64,000 bases of DNA, from the NCBI GenBank assembly GCA_963773815.1, contig CAVZCI010000003.1:219669-283668 (forward strand), written 5' to 3'. Below the pieces are notes generated by a model. It was not told where the DNA came from. It saw only the letters and a program-made list of their open reading frames with translations, and ran no database searches. The position numbers and the translations under genes are program-made. The stretch's first letter is position 1, and every line of letters begins with the position of its first letter. Source of the stretch: an uncultured Acidobacteriota bacterium. GTDB lineage: Bacteria > Acidobacteriota > Thermoanaerobaculia > UBA5066 > DATFVB01. Of this stretch, positions 49,360 to 58,919 are shown in pieces.

Positions 49360-50577
49360 TTGTCCAGCACGTTGACTAAAGAAAAAGTCGTTGTCGTCGG
49401 CGTCGTGACGCGCGGCCTTCGCCGGGCCGAAGTCGAAAAACACCTGGACGAGCTGGAGCGCCTCGTCGACACGGCGGGAGGCGAGGTCGTCGCCCGCGAA
49501 GTCCGCGAGCGCTCGTCGCTGGATCCCGCGACGTTCATCGGCTCCGGCGCGGTCGAGGAGATCGCGGCGGAGGCGGCCGCTCTCTCGGCGGGGCTCGTCG
49601 TTTTCGACGACGACCTCTCTCCGGGCCAGGTCAAGAACCTCGAGAAATCGCTTCCGCGCGTGACCGATCGCGCCGGGCTCATCCTCGAAATTTTCTCGCT
49701 CCACGCCCGGAGCCGCGAGGCGCGCACCCAGGTCGAGCTTGCCCGCTACGAGTACCTGCTGCCTCGCCTGACGGGAAAGTACAAGGGGCTGTCCCGTCTC
49801 GGCGGCGGCATCGGAGGACGAGGAGCGGGCGAACAGCAACTCGAGCTCGACCGACGCAAGATCCGGCACCGGATCTCGCTTCTCAAGAAGGACCTCGCGA
49901 AAATCGAGACGTCCCGGCGCGTGCAGAAGCGCGGACGCCGGCACTCGTTCCAGATCGCGATCGCGGGCTACACGAACGCCGGCAAGACAACGCTCTTCAA
50001 CCGCCTGACGTCGGGTTCGGAGCTCGCGGCCGACCGCCTTTTCGCGACGCTCGACGCCCGGGTCGGAAAGCTCCAGGGAACCGGCGCGCTCGTCATCGAT
50101 ACGGTCGGCCTGATTCGCAAACTCCCGCCCGGTCTCGTCGCCTCGTTCCGCTCCACGCTTTCGGAAATTCGCGACGCGGATCTCGTCCTTCATGCCGTCG
50201 ACGGTTCGTCGGAGTCGGCGGACGAGGAAAAGGAGATCGCCGAGGAGACGTTCTCCGGGCTCGGGGTGGATCCGGCGCGCGTCCTGACGGTCTACACGAA
50301 AGCGGATCTCGGCTCCCGGCGCAACGGGGCCCTCGAAGTATCCTCCGTGACGGGCGAGGGATTCGACCGGCTCCTCGCGGAAATCGAGAAGAGGAGCAGC
50401 CCCGACGAGCTCGAAATGGCCGTTCGCATTCCGTATTCCGATTCCCGGGAGATCGCGCGCGCTCGGTCGGGAGCGCGGGTCCTCTCGGAATCGGACGAGG
50501 GCGACGCGCTCGTGCTTCGCCTCTCCGGCCCTCGCCGGCAGCTCGACCCGCTCTCCGCGTACGAAATCGACCGCTAG
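49360..50577 (+). CDS. hflX: GTPase HflX
   Basis: ELERLVDTAG, QVELA, GEQQLELDRR, GYTNAGKTT, LFATLD, DTVG. Confidence 0.95.
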   Translation: MSSTLTKEKVVVVGVVTRGLRRAEVEKHLDELERLVDTAGGEVVAREVRERSSLDPATFIGSGAVEEIAAEAAALSAGLVVFDDDLSPGQVKNLEKSLPRVTDRAGLILEIFSLHARSREARTQVELARYEYLLPRLTGKYKGLSRLGGGIGGRGAGEQQLELDRRKIRHRISLLKKDLAKIETSRRVQKRGRRHSFQIAIAGYTNAGKTTLFNRLTSGSELAADRLFATLDARVGKLQGTGALVIDTVGLIRKLPPGLVASFRSTLSEIRDADLVLHAVDGSSESADEEKEIAEETFSGLGVDPARVLTVYTKADLGSRRNGALEVSSVTGEGFDRLLAEIEKRSSPDELEMAVRIPYSDSREIARARSGARVLSESDEGDALVLRLSGPRRQLDPLSAYEIDR

Positions 50578-50600
50578 CTGGTAGACTCGCGCTTCTCGGA

Positions 50601-50698
50601 GGAAGCGCAAGGAGTCTGGTGGCTTCCGCGGACTTCAAATCCGTTCGAGTCGCGGCTCAGCCGGGACTGGTGGGTTCGATTCCCATGCGCTTCCGCCA
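50601..50698 (+). tRNA. selC: tRNA-Sec (UCA)
   Basis: 8-bp acceptor GGAAGCGC/GCGCTTCC, anticodon loop C-T-TCA-A-A, long variable arm, GGTTCGATT, G73, CCA; 98 nt. Confidence 0.95.
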
Positions 50699-50721
50699 CA
50701 TTTCATGCTCTGATTGAGTCT

Positions 50722-52658
50722 GTGGCGGATCGGGATTTCGAGCGCAAGACCCGTGGGGAGCCTTCCGCGGTCGCGGCCGAGGCGAGGCCTTCCGGGAAGC
50801 GCCTCGCCGTGCTGGTCGCTCGAGCGCGCTCGGCATCGTCTACGGAGACATCGGAACGAGCCCGCTGTACGCGCTCAAGGTCTGCTTTTCCGGGCTGCAT
50901 TCGATTCCGCCCGGCCGCGAGAACGTGCTCGGCGTCCTTTCGCTCGTGTTCTGGTCGCTCGTCGTCGTCGTGACGCTCAAGTACCACGTCTACGTTCTGC
51001 GGCTCGACAATCGCGGCGAAGGCGGAATCCTCGCGCTGATGAGCCTCGTTCGGAAGAAGAAGCGGAGGAGCCGGCGCGCGCACGCGGTTCTCGTCACGCT
51101 CGGGGTCTTCGGCGCCGCGCTGCTCTACGGCGACGGAATGATCACGCCGGCGATCTCGGTCCTCTCGGCGCGTCGAAGGGCTGGACGTCGCGACGCCGAT
51201 CTTCGAGCCGTTCGTCATCCCCATCACGATCGCGATCCTCGTGGGGCTCTTCCTCTTCCAGCAGCCGCGGGACCGCGGCGATCGGCAAGGTCTTCGGCCC
51301 CGTGATGCTCGTGTGGTTCCTCACGCTCGCGACGCTCGGCCTCGCGAGCATTCTGCGCTACCCGGGCGTGCTCGCGGCGGTGAACCCCGTGCACGCGGCC
51401 GCGTTCTTCGCCCGCAACCGGGTCCACGGCTTTCTGGTGCTCGGAGCGGTCTTTCTCGTCGCGACGGGCGGCGAGGCGCTCTACGCGGACCTCGGCCACT
51501 TCGGCGAGAAGCCGATCCAGATCGACTGGTTCTCGATCGTCGGGCCGTCCGCTGCTGCTGAATTACTTCGGCCAGGGCGCTCTCCTGATCCGCTTTCCGG
51601 AAGCGGCGCGAAACCCGTTCTACCGCCTCGCCCCCCCGTGGGCGCTGTATCCGCTCGTCGCGCTCGCGACGATGGCGACGATCATCGCGTCCCAGGCGAT
51701 CGTTTCCGGAGCGTTCTCGCTGACCCGGCAGGCCGTTCAGCTCGGTTATCTCCCGAGGGTCAAGATCGTGCACACGTCGGCGACCGACATCGGCCAGATC
51801 TACATCCCCGGCCTCAACTGGCTGCTCATGGCGGCGACGATCGGCCTCGTTCTCGGGTTCCGCGATTCGAACAACCTCGCGGCGGCCTACGGAGTCGCCG
51901 TGTCCGCCACGATGGTCATCACGACGCTGCTCGCCCATTCCGTGACGAAGGACCTGTTCGGCTGGAAGCCGTGGGCGTCCGGTCTCGTGACGGTCGGATT
52001 CCTGGTTTTCGACGTCTCGTTCTTCGCGGCGAACATCGTGAAGATCGCGAAGGGCGGATGGTTTCCGATCGCCGTCGCGGTCGCGGTGTTCACGTTGATG
52101 ACGACGTGGCGAACGGGAAGGCGGCTGCTGAACCGGCAGCTCCGGCGGCGGCTCTTTTCCGTGCCGGACTTCATCGCCGAAGTCGAGGCGAAACGGCCGG
52201 TGAGGGTCTCCGGCACGGCGATCTACCTTTCGATGATCCCGGAGGTCATTCCGCCGGCGCTCCTGAACAATTACCGGCACAACCAGATCGTTCACGAGCA
52301 GGTCCTGCTCGTGACGATCCTGACGGAGGAGGTTCCGCGCGTGCGAGAGGAGAATCGCATCGACGTGGAGACGTTTTCGTCCGGCTTCTCCCGGATCCTT
52401 CTCCACTTCGGGTTCATGGAGGACCCGGAGCTTCTCGGACCGCTCCGGAAGGCGGTGGGGAAGGGCGTCGCTCTCGAGGAGAAGACGACGACGTTCTTCC
52501 TCGGAAAGGAGACGATTCTCCCGTCCGAGGTCGCGGGAATGGCCGGCTGGAGGGAGCGTTTGTTTTCCGTTCTCTCGAACAATTCCCGCAGCGCGACGGC
52601 GTTTTTCCGGCTGCCCGTGGATCAGGTCGTGGAAATCAGAGGTCAAGTCAAAATTTAG
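50722..52658 (+). CDS. kup: KUP/HAK/KT potassium transporter; at least three frameshifts
   Basis: [65 protein letters not shown]. Confidence 0.92.
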
Positions 52659-52854
52659 AACTTCGTGCGCAAGGTCCGCGGTCATCCTTCGAGAAGCCGG
52701 ACGCACTGTCTGAGCCACCGGATTCAAGCCGAGCCGGAGACGGGAACCGCGGAGGCGAGGCCGTCAAGATGAAGCGAGTTTGCGGCCGGCGACGAGAAGG
52801 CGTGACCGTGGACCATCTCCTCGGATCAGCGATGTCCGAATAGAATCGCGTTCC

Positions 52855-54129
52855 ATGTCTGCCGCAGCCAATCCCGCGCGCGCGAGCTACATCGAGGTCA
52901 TCCGCGAGAATCCCGATTTTCGCCGCGTCTGGATCGGCCAGGTCGGCAGCCTGCTCGGGGACTGGTTCAATCAGGTCGCGATCCTTTCCCTCCTGCTCCG
53001 GCTCACCGGATCCGGCAGCGCGGCGGGCCTCTTCTACGTGCTCCAGATGGTGCCGATCTTTCTCGTCAGTCCGATCGCCGGCCGCGTCGTCGATCACCTC
53101 CCGAGAAAACTCGTCATGGTCTCGGCCGATCTCGCGCGCGCGGGAGTCGTGCTCGCGTTCCTTCTCGTGGACCGTCCCGGGCGGATCTGGATCATTTATG
53201 TCGCGACGGCCGTCCAGATGTCGCTGTCGTCGTTTTTCGAGCCGGCGCGCAACGCCGTGATGCCGAAGGTCGTGAAACCGGAGCACCTCGTCGGCGCGAA
53301 CGCCGTCACCGCGACGACGTGGTCCGTGATGCTCGCGGCGGGCGCGGCGGTTGGCGGCCTCATCACGGCGCTGCTCGGCGAGCGCGCCGCCTTTCTGCTG
53401 AATTCCGCGAGCTATCTGTGGTCCGCGGCCTTCGTGCTGCGCGCCGTGATCCCGCCGATCGAATCTCGGCCGCACCATTCGGAGCGCGGCTTTGTTTCCG
53501 GGCTGCGCGAGGCGCTGCAGGCGCCCACGCTGCTGCCGATTCTGTGCGCGAAGGCGCTGCTCGGCTTCGCCGGAGGAATGGGGCTGCTCCTCGCGATCTG
53601 GGGCGACCGTGTCTTCCGGATCGGCGCGACGGCGGCCGGCGGTATCGGAGCGCTGTTCGCGGCCCGCGGAATCGGCACCGCGATCGGGCCGATCGTCGCG
53701 CGCCGCTGGGGAAAGTCCCGCGGCGAAGGCGCTCGGCGCACGATCGCGGTCGGATACCTCGTGTGCGGAGTGTTCTTTCTGGCGGCCTCGCTCGCGCGGT
53801 CGCTGCCCGTGGCGCTCGCGTGCCTCGTCGGCTCCGGCATCGGAACGGCAATTACCTGGGTCTTCTCGACCGTCGCGCTGCAGCAGGAGACGTCGGACCG
53901 CGTGCGGGGCCGCGTCTTCGCGGCCGAGCAGACGCTGTTCACGCTGACGGTGTCGATCTCGATGCTCGCGACCGGGCGGGCGCTCGACCATCCGGGCTGG
54001 ACGCCGAGGGGAGTCGGGATCGCGCTCTCGCTCGTCTACTTCCTGGGCGCGGCGGTTTTCGAGCTGCTCCTCCTCCAGGCGCGGGTCAGGACGGCGGCTC
54101 GAAAACTCGTCGTCGATGCGGAAGAATAG
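52855..54129 (+). CDS. MFS transporter (DHA3/MFS_3-like)
   Basis: SLLGDWFNQVA, GRVVDHLPRK..MVSADLAR, FEPARNA, RGRVFA. Confidence 0.9.
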   Translation: MSAAANPARASYIEVIRENPDFRRVWIGQVGSLLGDWFNQVAILSLLLRLTGSGSAAGLFYVLQMVPIFLVSPIAGRVVDHLPRKLVMVSADLARAGVVLAFLLVDRPGRIWIIYVATAVQMSLSSFFEPARNAVMPKVVKPEHLVGANAVTATTWSVMLAAGAAVGGLITALLGERAAFLLNSASYLWSAAFVLRAVIPPIESRPHHSERGFVSGLREALQAPTLLPILCAKALLGFAGGMGLLLAIWGDRVFRIGATAAGGIGALFAARGIGTAIGPIVARRWGKSRGEGARRTIAVGYLVCGVFFLAASLARSLPVALACLVGSGIGTAITWVFSTVALQQETSDRVRGRVFAAEQTLFTLTVSISMLATGRALDHPGWTPRGVGIALSLVYFLGAAVFELLLLQARVRTAARKLVVDAEE

Positions 54130-54137
54130 ACAGGACG

Positions 54138-54287
54138 ATGATGGATCCGCTCTTCCTGGCGCTCGGCTGGACGGGCGCCGGATTCGCGGCGCTCTTCGGG
54201 ATTGCTCTCCTGACCCGGCGCGCGGACGCGAACGAACGCTGGCTCGGCGCCGGTTTCCTCGCGGCGGCTCCAACTCCGCGTCCGTGA
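54138..54287 (+). CDS. Possible 49-aa membrane peptide or gene fragment
   Basis: MMDPLFLALGWTGAGFAALFGIALL; AGGA RBS. Confidence 0.3.
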   Translation: MMDPLFLALGWTGAGFAALFGIALLTRRADANERWLGAGFLAAAPTPRP

Positions 54288-54324
54288 GGCGTGGGCGGCG
54301 TGTTGCGCGTCTTGCCGATCGGTT

Positions 54325-55416
54325 TTACGAATCCAGTGTTTCCGACGGGACGTCGCCCGGCTCGGCGTCTCGGTCGATCTCGGCGCGGAGCCTCGGAAGG
54401 ACGTTCGGGCGGCGGCGCTGCAGGAACTCGATCAGGCGCTCGCGCACCTCGCAGCGCAGGTCCCACGCCGTCGGCCCGTCGGAAGCGCTCATGAGCGCGC
54501 GCAGCTCGATCGTCCGATCGGAGGCGCCGGTCACCTGCAGATTCCATACTTTGCCGTTCCAGAGGCGCGATGCCTGGAGGATGCGATGGAGCTCACCGCG
54601 GATCTCGTCCACGGAAGCCGTGTAGTCGACGTGAAGGGAGACGGTTCCGAGGATGTTCGCCGTCGTCCGCGTCCAGTTCTGGAACGGTTTCTCGATGAAA
54701 TACGACAGCGGCACGACCAGGCGCCGCTCGTCCCAGATCCGGACGACGACGTAGGTCATGCGGATCTCCTCGATGCGGCCCCACTCCCCCTCGATGACGA
54801 CGACGTCGTCGAGCCGGATCGGCTCGGTCAGGGCGACCTGGATCCCGGCGAGAAGATTCGAGATCGTCTCCCGCGCTGCGAGGCCGAGGATAATCCCTGC
54901 CACGCCCGCCGAGGCGAGCAGGCTCGTTCCGAAGCGGCGGATCGCGGGAAACGTCATCAACATCAGCCCGGCCGCGACGGTGGCGACGATGATGACGACG
55001 ATGCGCCGCAGCATCTGCGTGCGGGTCCGGGCCCGGCGCGCGGCGAGATTGTCGGCGGCCGCGATGTCGAAACGGTTCGAGACGAAATCGTCCAGGACGT
55101 TCGTCATCGCGATGATCAGATACGCGACGGCTGCGATCAGGAGGAGCCCGGCTCCGTGCTGGATGGGCCCTTCGAGCGCGGCGGGAAGAGTCGTGGCGGG
55201 CAGCGCCAGGAAGAGGGCCGCAAAGACGGCGAGCAGCCGCGCCGGACGGCGGGCGCGTCGAACGATCGAGGAGTCGACGACGTTGCGGGTCCGCGCGGTG
55301 ATCCGTGCGAGCGCCGAGAACGCGAGATGGTGGATCCCGAGCGCCACGAGGATCGCGCCGGCCAGGATTGCCATCGACCACGCGCCTTCGCGCCCGATCG
55401 CGAGGTAACCGGTCAC
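54325..55416 (-). CDS. Small-conductance mechanosensitive channel (MscS family)
   Basis: SLLASAGVAGIILGLAA, ISNLLAG, PIRLDD..GRIEEI, WDERRLVVP. Confidence 0.92.
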   Translation of the reverse strand: MTGYLAIGREGAWSMAILAGAILVALGIHHLAFSALARITARTRNVVDSSIVRRARRPARLLAVFAALFLALPATTLPAALEGPIQHGAGLLLIAAVAYLIIAMTNVLDDFVSNRFDIAAADNLAARRARTRTQMLRRIVVIIVATVAAGLMLMTFPAIRRFGTSLLASAGVAGIILGLAARETISNLLAGIQVALTEPIRLDDVVVIEGEWGRIEEIRMTYVVVRIWDERRLVVPLSYFIEKPFQNWTRTTANILGTVSLHVDYTASVDEIRGELHRILQASRLWNGKVWNLQVTGASDRTIELRALMSASDGPTAWDLRCEVRERLIEFLQRRRPNVLPRLRAEIDRDAEPGDVPSETLDS

Positions 55417-55527
55417 CCTGCCAGATTACCAGCACCGGGCGTGGACGCCGCCTCGAAATGCACGAGAGGGGCTGATCCGTGACGTGGGGCGGCTCGCCGG
55501 GAAGACCCGGGGCCCTCGAAGACCGGT

Positions 55528-55556
55528 TTGACGGAACCCCCTCGCTCGACTAGGAT
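55528..55556 (+). promoter_or_regulatory. sigma70 promoter of tRNA-Ala
   Basis: TTGACG (55528-33), 17-nt spacer, TAGGAT (55551-56). Confidence 0.75.
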
Positions 55557-55571
55557 TTCCCTCTTCCCCGT

Positions 55572-55648
55572 GGGGCTGTAGCTCAGCTTGGGAGAGCACC
55601 TGAATGGCATTCAGGGGGTCGCCAGTTCGATCCTGGTCAGCTCCACCA
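55572..55648 (+). tRNA. tRNA-Ala(GGC)
   Basis: GGGGCTG/CAGCTCC acceptor with G3:U70, CCTGA-ATGGCAT-TCAGG anticodon arm, CCA. Confidence 0.97.
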
Positions 55649-55791
55649 TCCTCCTTCGCCCTCCTCAGCACTCCGTGCGTCGGAGGGCTTCGGAGGACAA
55701 GTCCGACTTCTGAATTGACGGAATCGAGCCGGGCGAAGGAGGATGCGCTCCGAAGCCCTCCGCAGCTTTAGCGAAGGACGGGCGAAGGAGG
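55648..55791. repeat. Interleaved inverted repeats between tRNA-Ala and the GIY-YIG gene
   Basis: 14-bp IR 55648-61/55731-44, 15-bp IR 55681-95/55748-62, extra copy of one arm at 55780-91. Confidence 0.8.
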
Positions 55792-55796
55792 GCAAG

Positions 55797-56039
55797 TTGA
55801 AATACGTCTACCTTCTCCGTTCCATAGCCAATCCGACAAAGACCTATGTTGGATTGACGGACGACCCCTCGCGACGCCTCGAGGAACACAACTCGGGAAA
55901 ATCCACGTTTACGTCACGCCACCTGCCCTGGAAGGTCGAAGTCTTACTCGGCTTCGAAGATGAAAATCGGGCGGTTGAATTCGAACGCTATCTGAAGACC
56001 GGGTCCGGGATTGCCTTCGCGCGGAAACACTTCTGGTAG
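55797..56039 (+). CDS. Small stand-alone GIY-YIG nuclease (YhbQ/SLX1-like)
   Basis: YVYLLRS..YVGLT..RRLEEHN..FERYLK; AAGGAGG RBS. Confidence 0.92.
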   Translation: MKYVYLLRSIANPTKTYVGLTDDPSRRLEEHNSGKSTFTSRHLPWKVEVLLGFEDENRAVEFERYLKTGSGIAFARKHFW

Positions 56040-56067
56040 AAGAGGCGATCGTTGACCGCGTCGCCCT

Positions 56068-56499
56068 CTACTTCGGCAGCGTCACCTTGAATTCGATCCT
56101 CGCCAGCTGCTCCGGCGCCTTGCCGATCTTGCGCAGGAACGGCAGCCAGCGCGGGTCGGCGTGGATCTTGTCGAACAGGTTGTCCGTCAGTATGTCGCCG
56201 AGGCCGGTGTCGACATACTTGACCGCTTTGTCGAGCCATTCGAACGCCTTGTCACCCTCGCCGCGGTAGGCGTAGACGTAGGCGATGTTGTAGGGCCCGT
56301 CCTTTTCGAATTTCGCGATCAGGGCGGCCAGCGCGGCGTCCGAATCGGCCTTGCGCCCGAGCGCGTGGTACGCCATCGGCAGGCCGATCATCTTCCACAT
56401 CTCGATCGTCTCGTGCTCGAGCTCCGCCAACGCGCCCTGCGCGTCGCCCTTCAGCAGCAGCGCATTGCCGAGTTCCGCGTGCGCGGCGCCGCGGCCCGG
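56068..56499 (-). pseudogene. C-terminal fragment of a TPR-containing signalling protein
   Basis: AYVYAYRGE.DKAFEWL.KA, DPRWLPFLRKIG; no N-terminus. Confidence 0.7.
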
Positions 56500-56564
56500 G
56501 GAAATGCCATGTGGTCGATGTAGCCGTCCAGGGACTGGTTCATTCCAAAGACAAACTTCGCCAT
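56500..56564 (-). pseudogene. N-terminal stub of a dihydrofolate reductase/RibD-C family gene
   Basis: MAKFVFGMNQSLDGYIDHMAF, then an abrupt switch into the TPR fragment. Confidence 0.65.
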
Positions 56565-56566
56565 GC

Positions 56567-57603
56567 TCAGCGCGCGCCGATGCGCAGAAGCGACTTGGTC
56601 GCGCGGCGCTGATCCATCGCGTCGTACGCTTCCCGGACGTGTTTCAGGGTGGTTTCGAAGTCGAACACGCGTCCGGGATCGATGCGCCCGTCCAGCACGT
56701 CCGGAAGCAGTTCGGGAATGTATCTTCGAACCGGGGACACGCCCCCGCGGAGGCCGATGTTGCGGAAAATGACTGTGTTGATCGGCACCTCGACGCCGTG
56801 CGGAGCGCCGATCGCGCCGACGACCGAGCCCGGCCGAGCGATCGCAAATGCGGTCTGCATGGATTCGTTCACGCCAACGCATTCCAGCGCCGCATCGACG
56901 CCGACGCCGTTCGTCATTTCGAGAATTCTCTTGCTGGCCTCTTCGCCCCGCTCGGGCAGCACTTCGGTTGCTCCGAACTCGCGGGCGAGCTTCTGGCGAG
57001 TGGGATTTCGGCTCAAAGCGATGATGCGCTCGGCTCCCAGTCGCTTCGCGGCGATGATGGCGCACAGTCCCACGGCGCCGTCGCCCACGAGGGCGACCGT
57101 GTCGCCTTTTGACGCCGGCGCTCGCCGCCGCATGGTGACCGGTGCACATGACGTCCGTGAGCGTGACGAGCGATTTCATGACCTCGTCCGATACCCGAGA
57201 CTCCCGAACGCTGACGAGTGTCGAGTCCGCGAAAGGGGCGCGCACGGCTTCGCCCTGGCCTCCGTCGACGCCGTGGTTCCCGAACGAGCCCCCGCGGGCG
57301 CAGTTCGAAGTCCATCCGGCGCGGCAGTGCGGGCAGGTGCCGTCGTTGAATGTGAAAGGCGCGACGACGAAATCGCCCTTTCGGATGCTGCGGACTTCCG
57401 TCCCCGTTTCCTCGACCACGCCGATGAATTGTGGCCAATCGGCCCCGGCGCGTGGGCGACTCGCCGCGGTAATACCAGAGGTCGGAGCCGCAAACGCTGC
57501 CCAGGACGACGCGGACGATAGCATCGGTGGGTTCCTGGATGACAGGATCGGGGCGTTCGCCGAGGTCGATGGAACGGGGCCCGCCGTAAATCGCGGCTCT
57601 CAT
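56567..57603 (-). CDS. Zinc-dependent alcohol dehydrogenase family; multiple frameshifts (pseudogene or read errors)
   Basis: MRAAIYGGP, VCGSDLW, GH-EFIG, C..C.HC, GDGAVGL, FRNIGLRGG. Confidence 0.8.
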
Positions 57604-58151
57604 CGCTTCGGGATCATCGCGCGACGGGGAAGATCGGCCGCGAGCGCCCACCAGAGCGCGAACGGCAGCGCGAACATGCCGGCGATCCGATAAAAATGCG
57701 CGCCCGTCGCCCAGAAATTCCGGCCGAACGACCCGTAGTGGGCGCGGCTCCACTCGCCGAGGTCGAGCGCGTAAAGAGACTCGACGGCGAACACGAGCGC
57801 AAGGACGTGCGAGAGATAGAGAAGCGCGCACGCGAGGAGAAGCCGACCGAGTCCCCGGTCGGACAGGGGTTTTCGCGTGGAGGCGAAGAGGGCGCCGAGC
57901 AGCGCGATGTTGAAATCGAGGTCGGAAGCCGGAATGCCCGGCCGGGGAGAGGAGGGGGGGAAATCCTCGCGATCGACGATCACCTCCCTGTCGCTCGCCT
58001 TCAGCCGCGTCTCCCCGGGCGATTCGAAAGAGCGAATCAGGAGCTGCGCGGGCGCCGCGACGGCGGCATGGTACGGCCCGGCGAAAAGAAACCAGAGCGC
58101 GGCGCCCGCGAGAAAGCCCGCGGCTGCCTTCGCGAAAATCTCAGGCCGCAA
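57600..58151 (-). CDS. Exosortase H-associated membrane protein; start uncertain
   Basis: Four TM segments; directly downstream of and overlapping the exosortase gene. Confidence 0.7.
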   Translation of the reverse strand: MRPEIFAKAAAGFLAGAALWFLFAGPYHAAVAAPAQLLIRSFESPGETRLKASDREVIVDREDFPPSSPRPGIPASDLDFNIALLGALFASTRKPLSDRGLGRLLLACALLYLSHVLALVFAVESLYALDLGEWSRAHYGSFGRNFWATGAHFYRIAGMFALPFALWWALAADLPRRAMIPKR

Positions 58152-58647
58152 CGCGATTCGCGGCACGCCCGGCCCATGCGACGAAGAATCCCACACCGAA
58201 CAGGACGACGATCGTCTGCCACACGAGCGTGTGGGCCGGCCCGAACCAGGAGGGCCGGTGAGCGCCGATCCAGAAAAGCGTGACGACCCGCACCAGATTG
58301 ACGGCCTGGATCGCGAAGAAGCCGCCGAAGATTCCGGCGGCGCGCGCTTTCCAGCTCGCGGGAAACGCGAAAACCGCTGCCGCGAGGAGGAGCACCGTCT
58401 CGAGTCCGTTGCATCCGTTCTCGATGTTGACGGAGAACTTTCCCGAGGAAATGACGGTTCCCGCCACGGAGACCCTTTCGCCGAGGGTCCGGAGGAGCGC
58501 TGCGGAGATTCCCGCGACGGCCGACGTGAAGGGGACGACGACGTGGTCGTTGACGGGATGGACTCCGATCACGACATAGAACGCAACGAGCAGAATCCCG
58601 AAGAGAACGAGGAAACGCGCGGGAGAACGGCGACGAGCGGGTTTCAT
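58141..58647 (-). CDS. xrtH: Exosortase H-type (exosortase/archaeosortase family) transpeptidase
   Basis: Catalytic triad context IENGCNG (Cys), NLVRV (Arg), AHTLVWQ (His); 168 aa, multi-TM. Confidence 0.85.
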   Translation of the reverse strand: MKPARRRSPARFLVLFGILLVAFYVVIGVHPVNDHVVVPFTSAVAGISAALLRTLGERVSVAGTVISSGKFSVNIENGCNGLETVLLLAAAVFAFPASWKARAAGIFGGFFAIQAVNLVRVVTLFWIGAHRPSWFGPAHTLVWQTIVVLFGVGFFVAWAGRAANRVAA

Positions 58648-58904
58648 CGCCGGAACCGCTCGAACCGGTAGGCCAGTTCCGGGCCGCCCTTTCCTTCGTA
58701 CGCGAGCCGGGCGACGAGCAGCGCGAACGGCTCGGTGTAGCGGGCGACTCGTGCGGTTCCCTGCGTCCGGCGTCTGGAATTTGGTTCGCGAGCCGCTGCA
58801 GCTTCTGGTCGCTGCGCGCATAGCTGAAAACCACCTCGTGCCCGGCGGCGCCGATCGTCCCGATGCCGCCCAAAACCGGATCCCGAGGATGCCGATCCGC
58901 ATGC
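58644..58904 (-). pseudogene. Internally deleted NADP oxidoreductase (F420-dependent family) remnant
   Basis: MRIGILG...GHEVVFSYARS N-terminus joined to the family-like C-terminus ARYTEPFALLVARLAYEGKGGPELAYRFERF. Confidence 0.65.
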
Positions 58905-58919
58905 GCACCTCTCCTTTCC

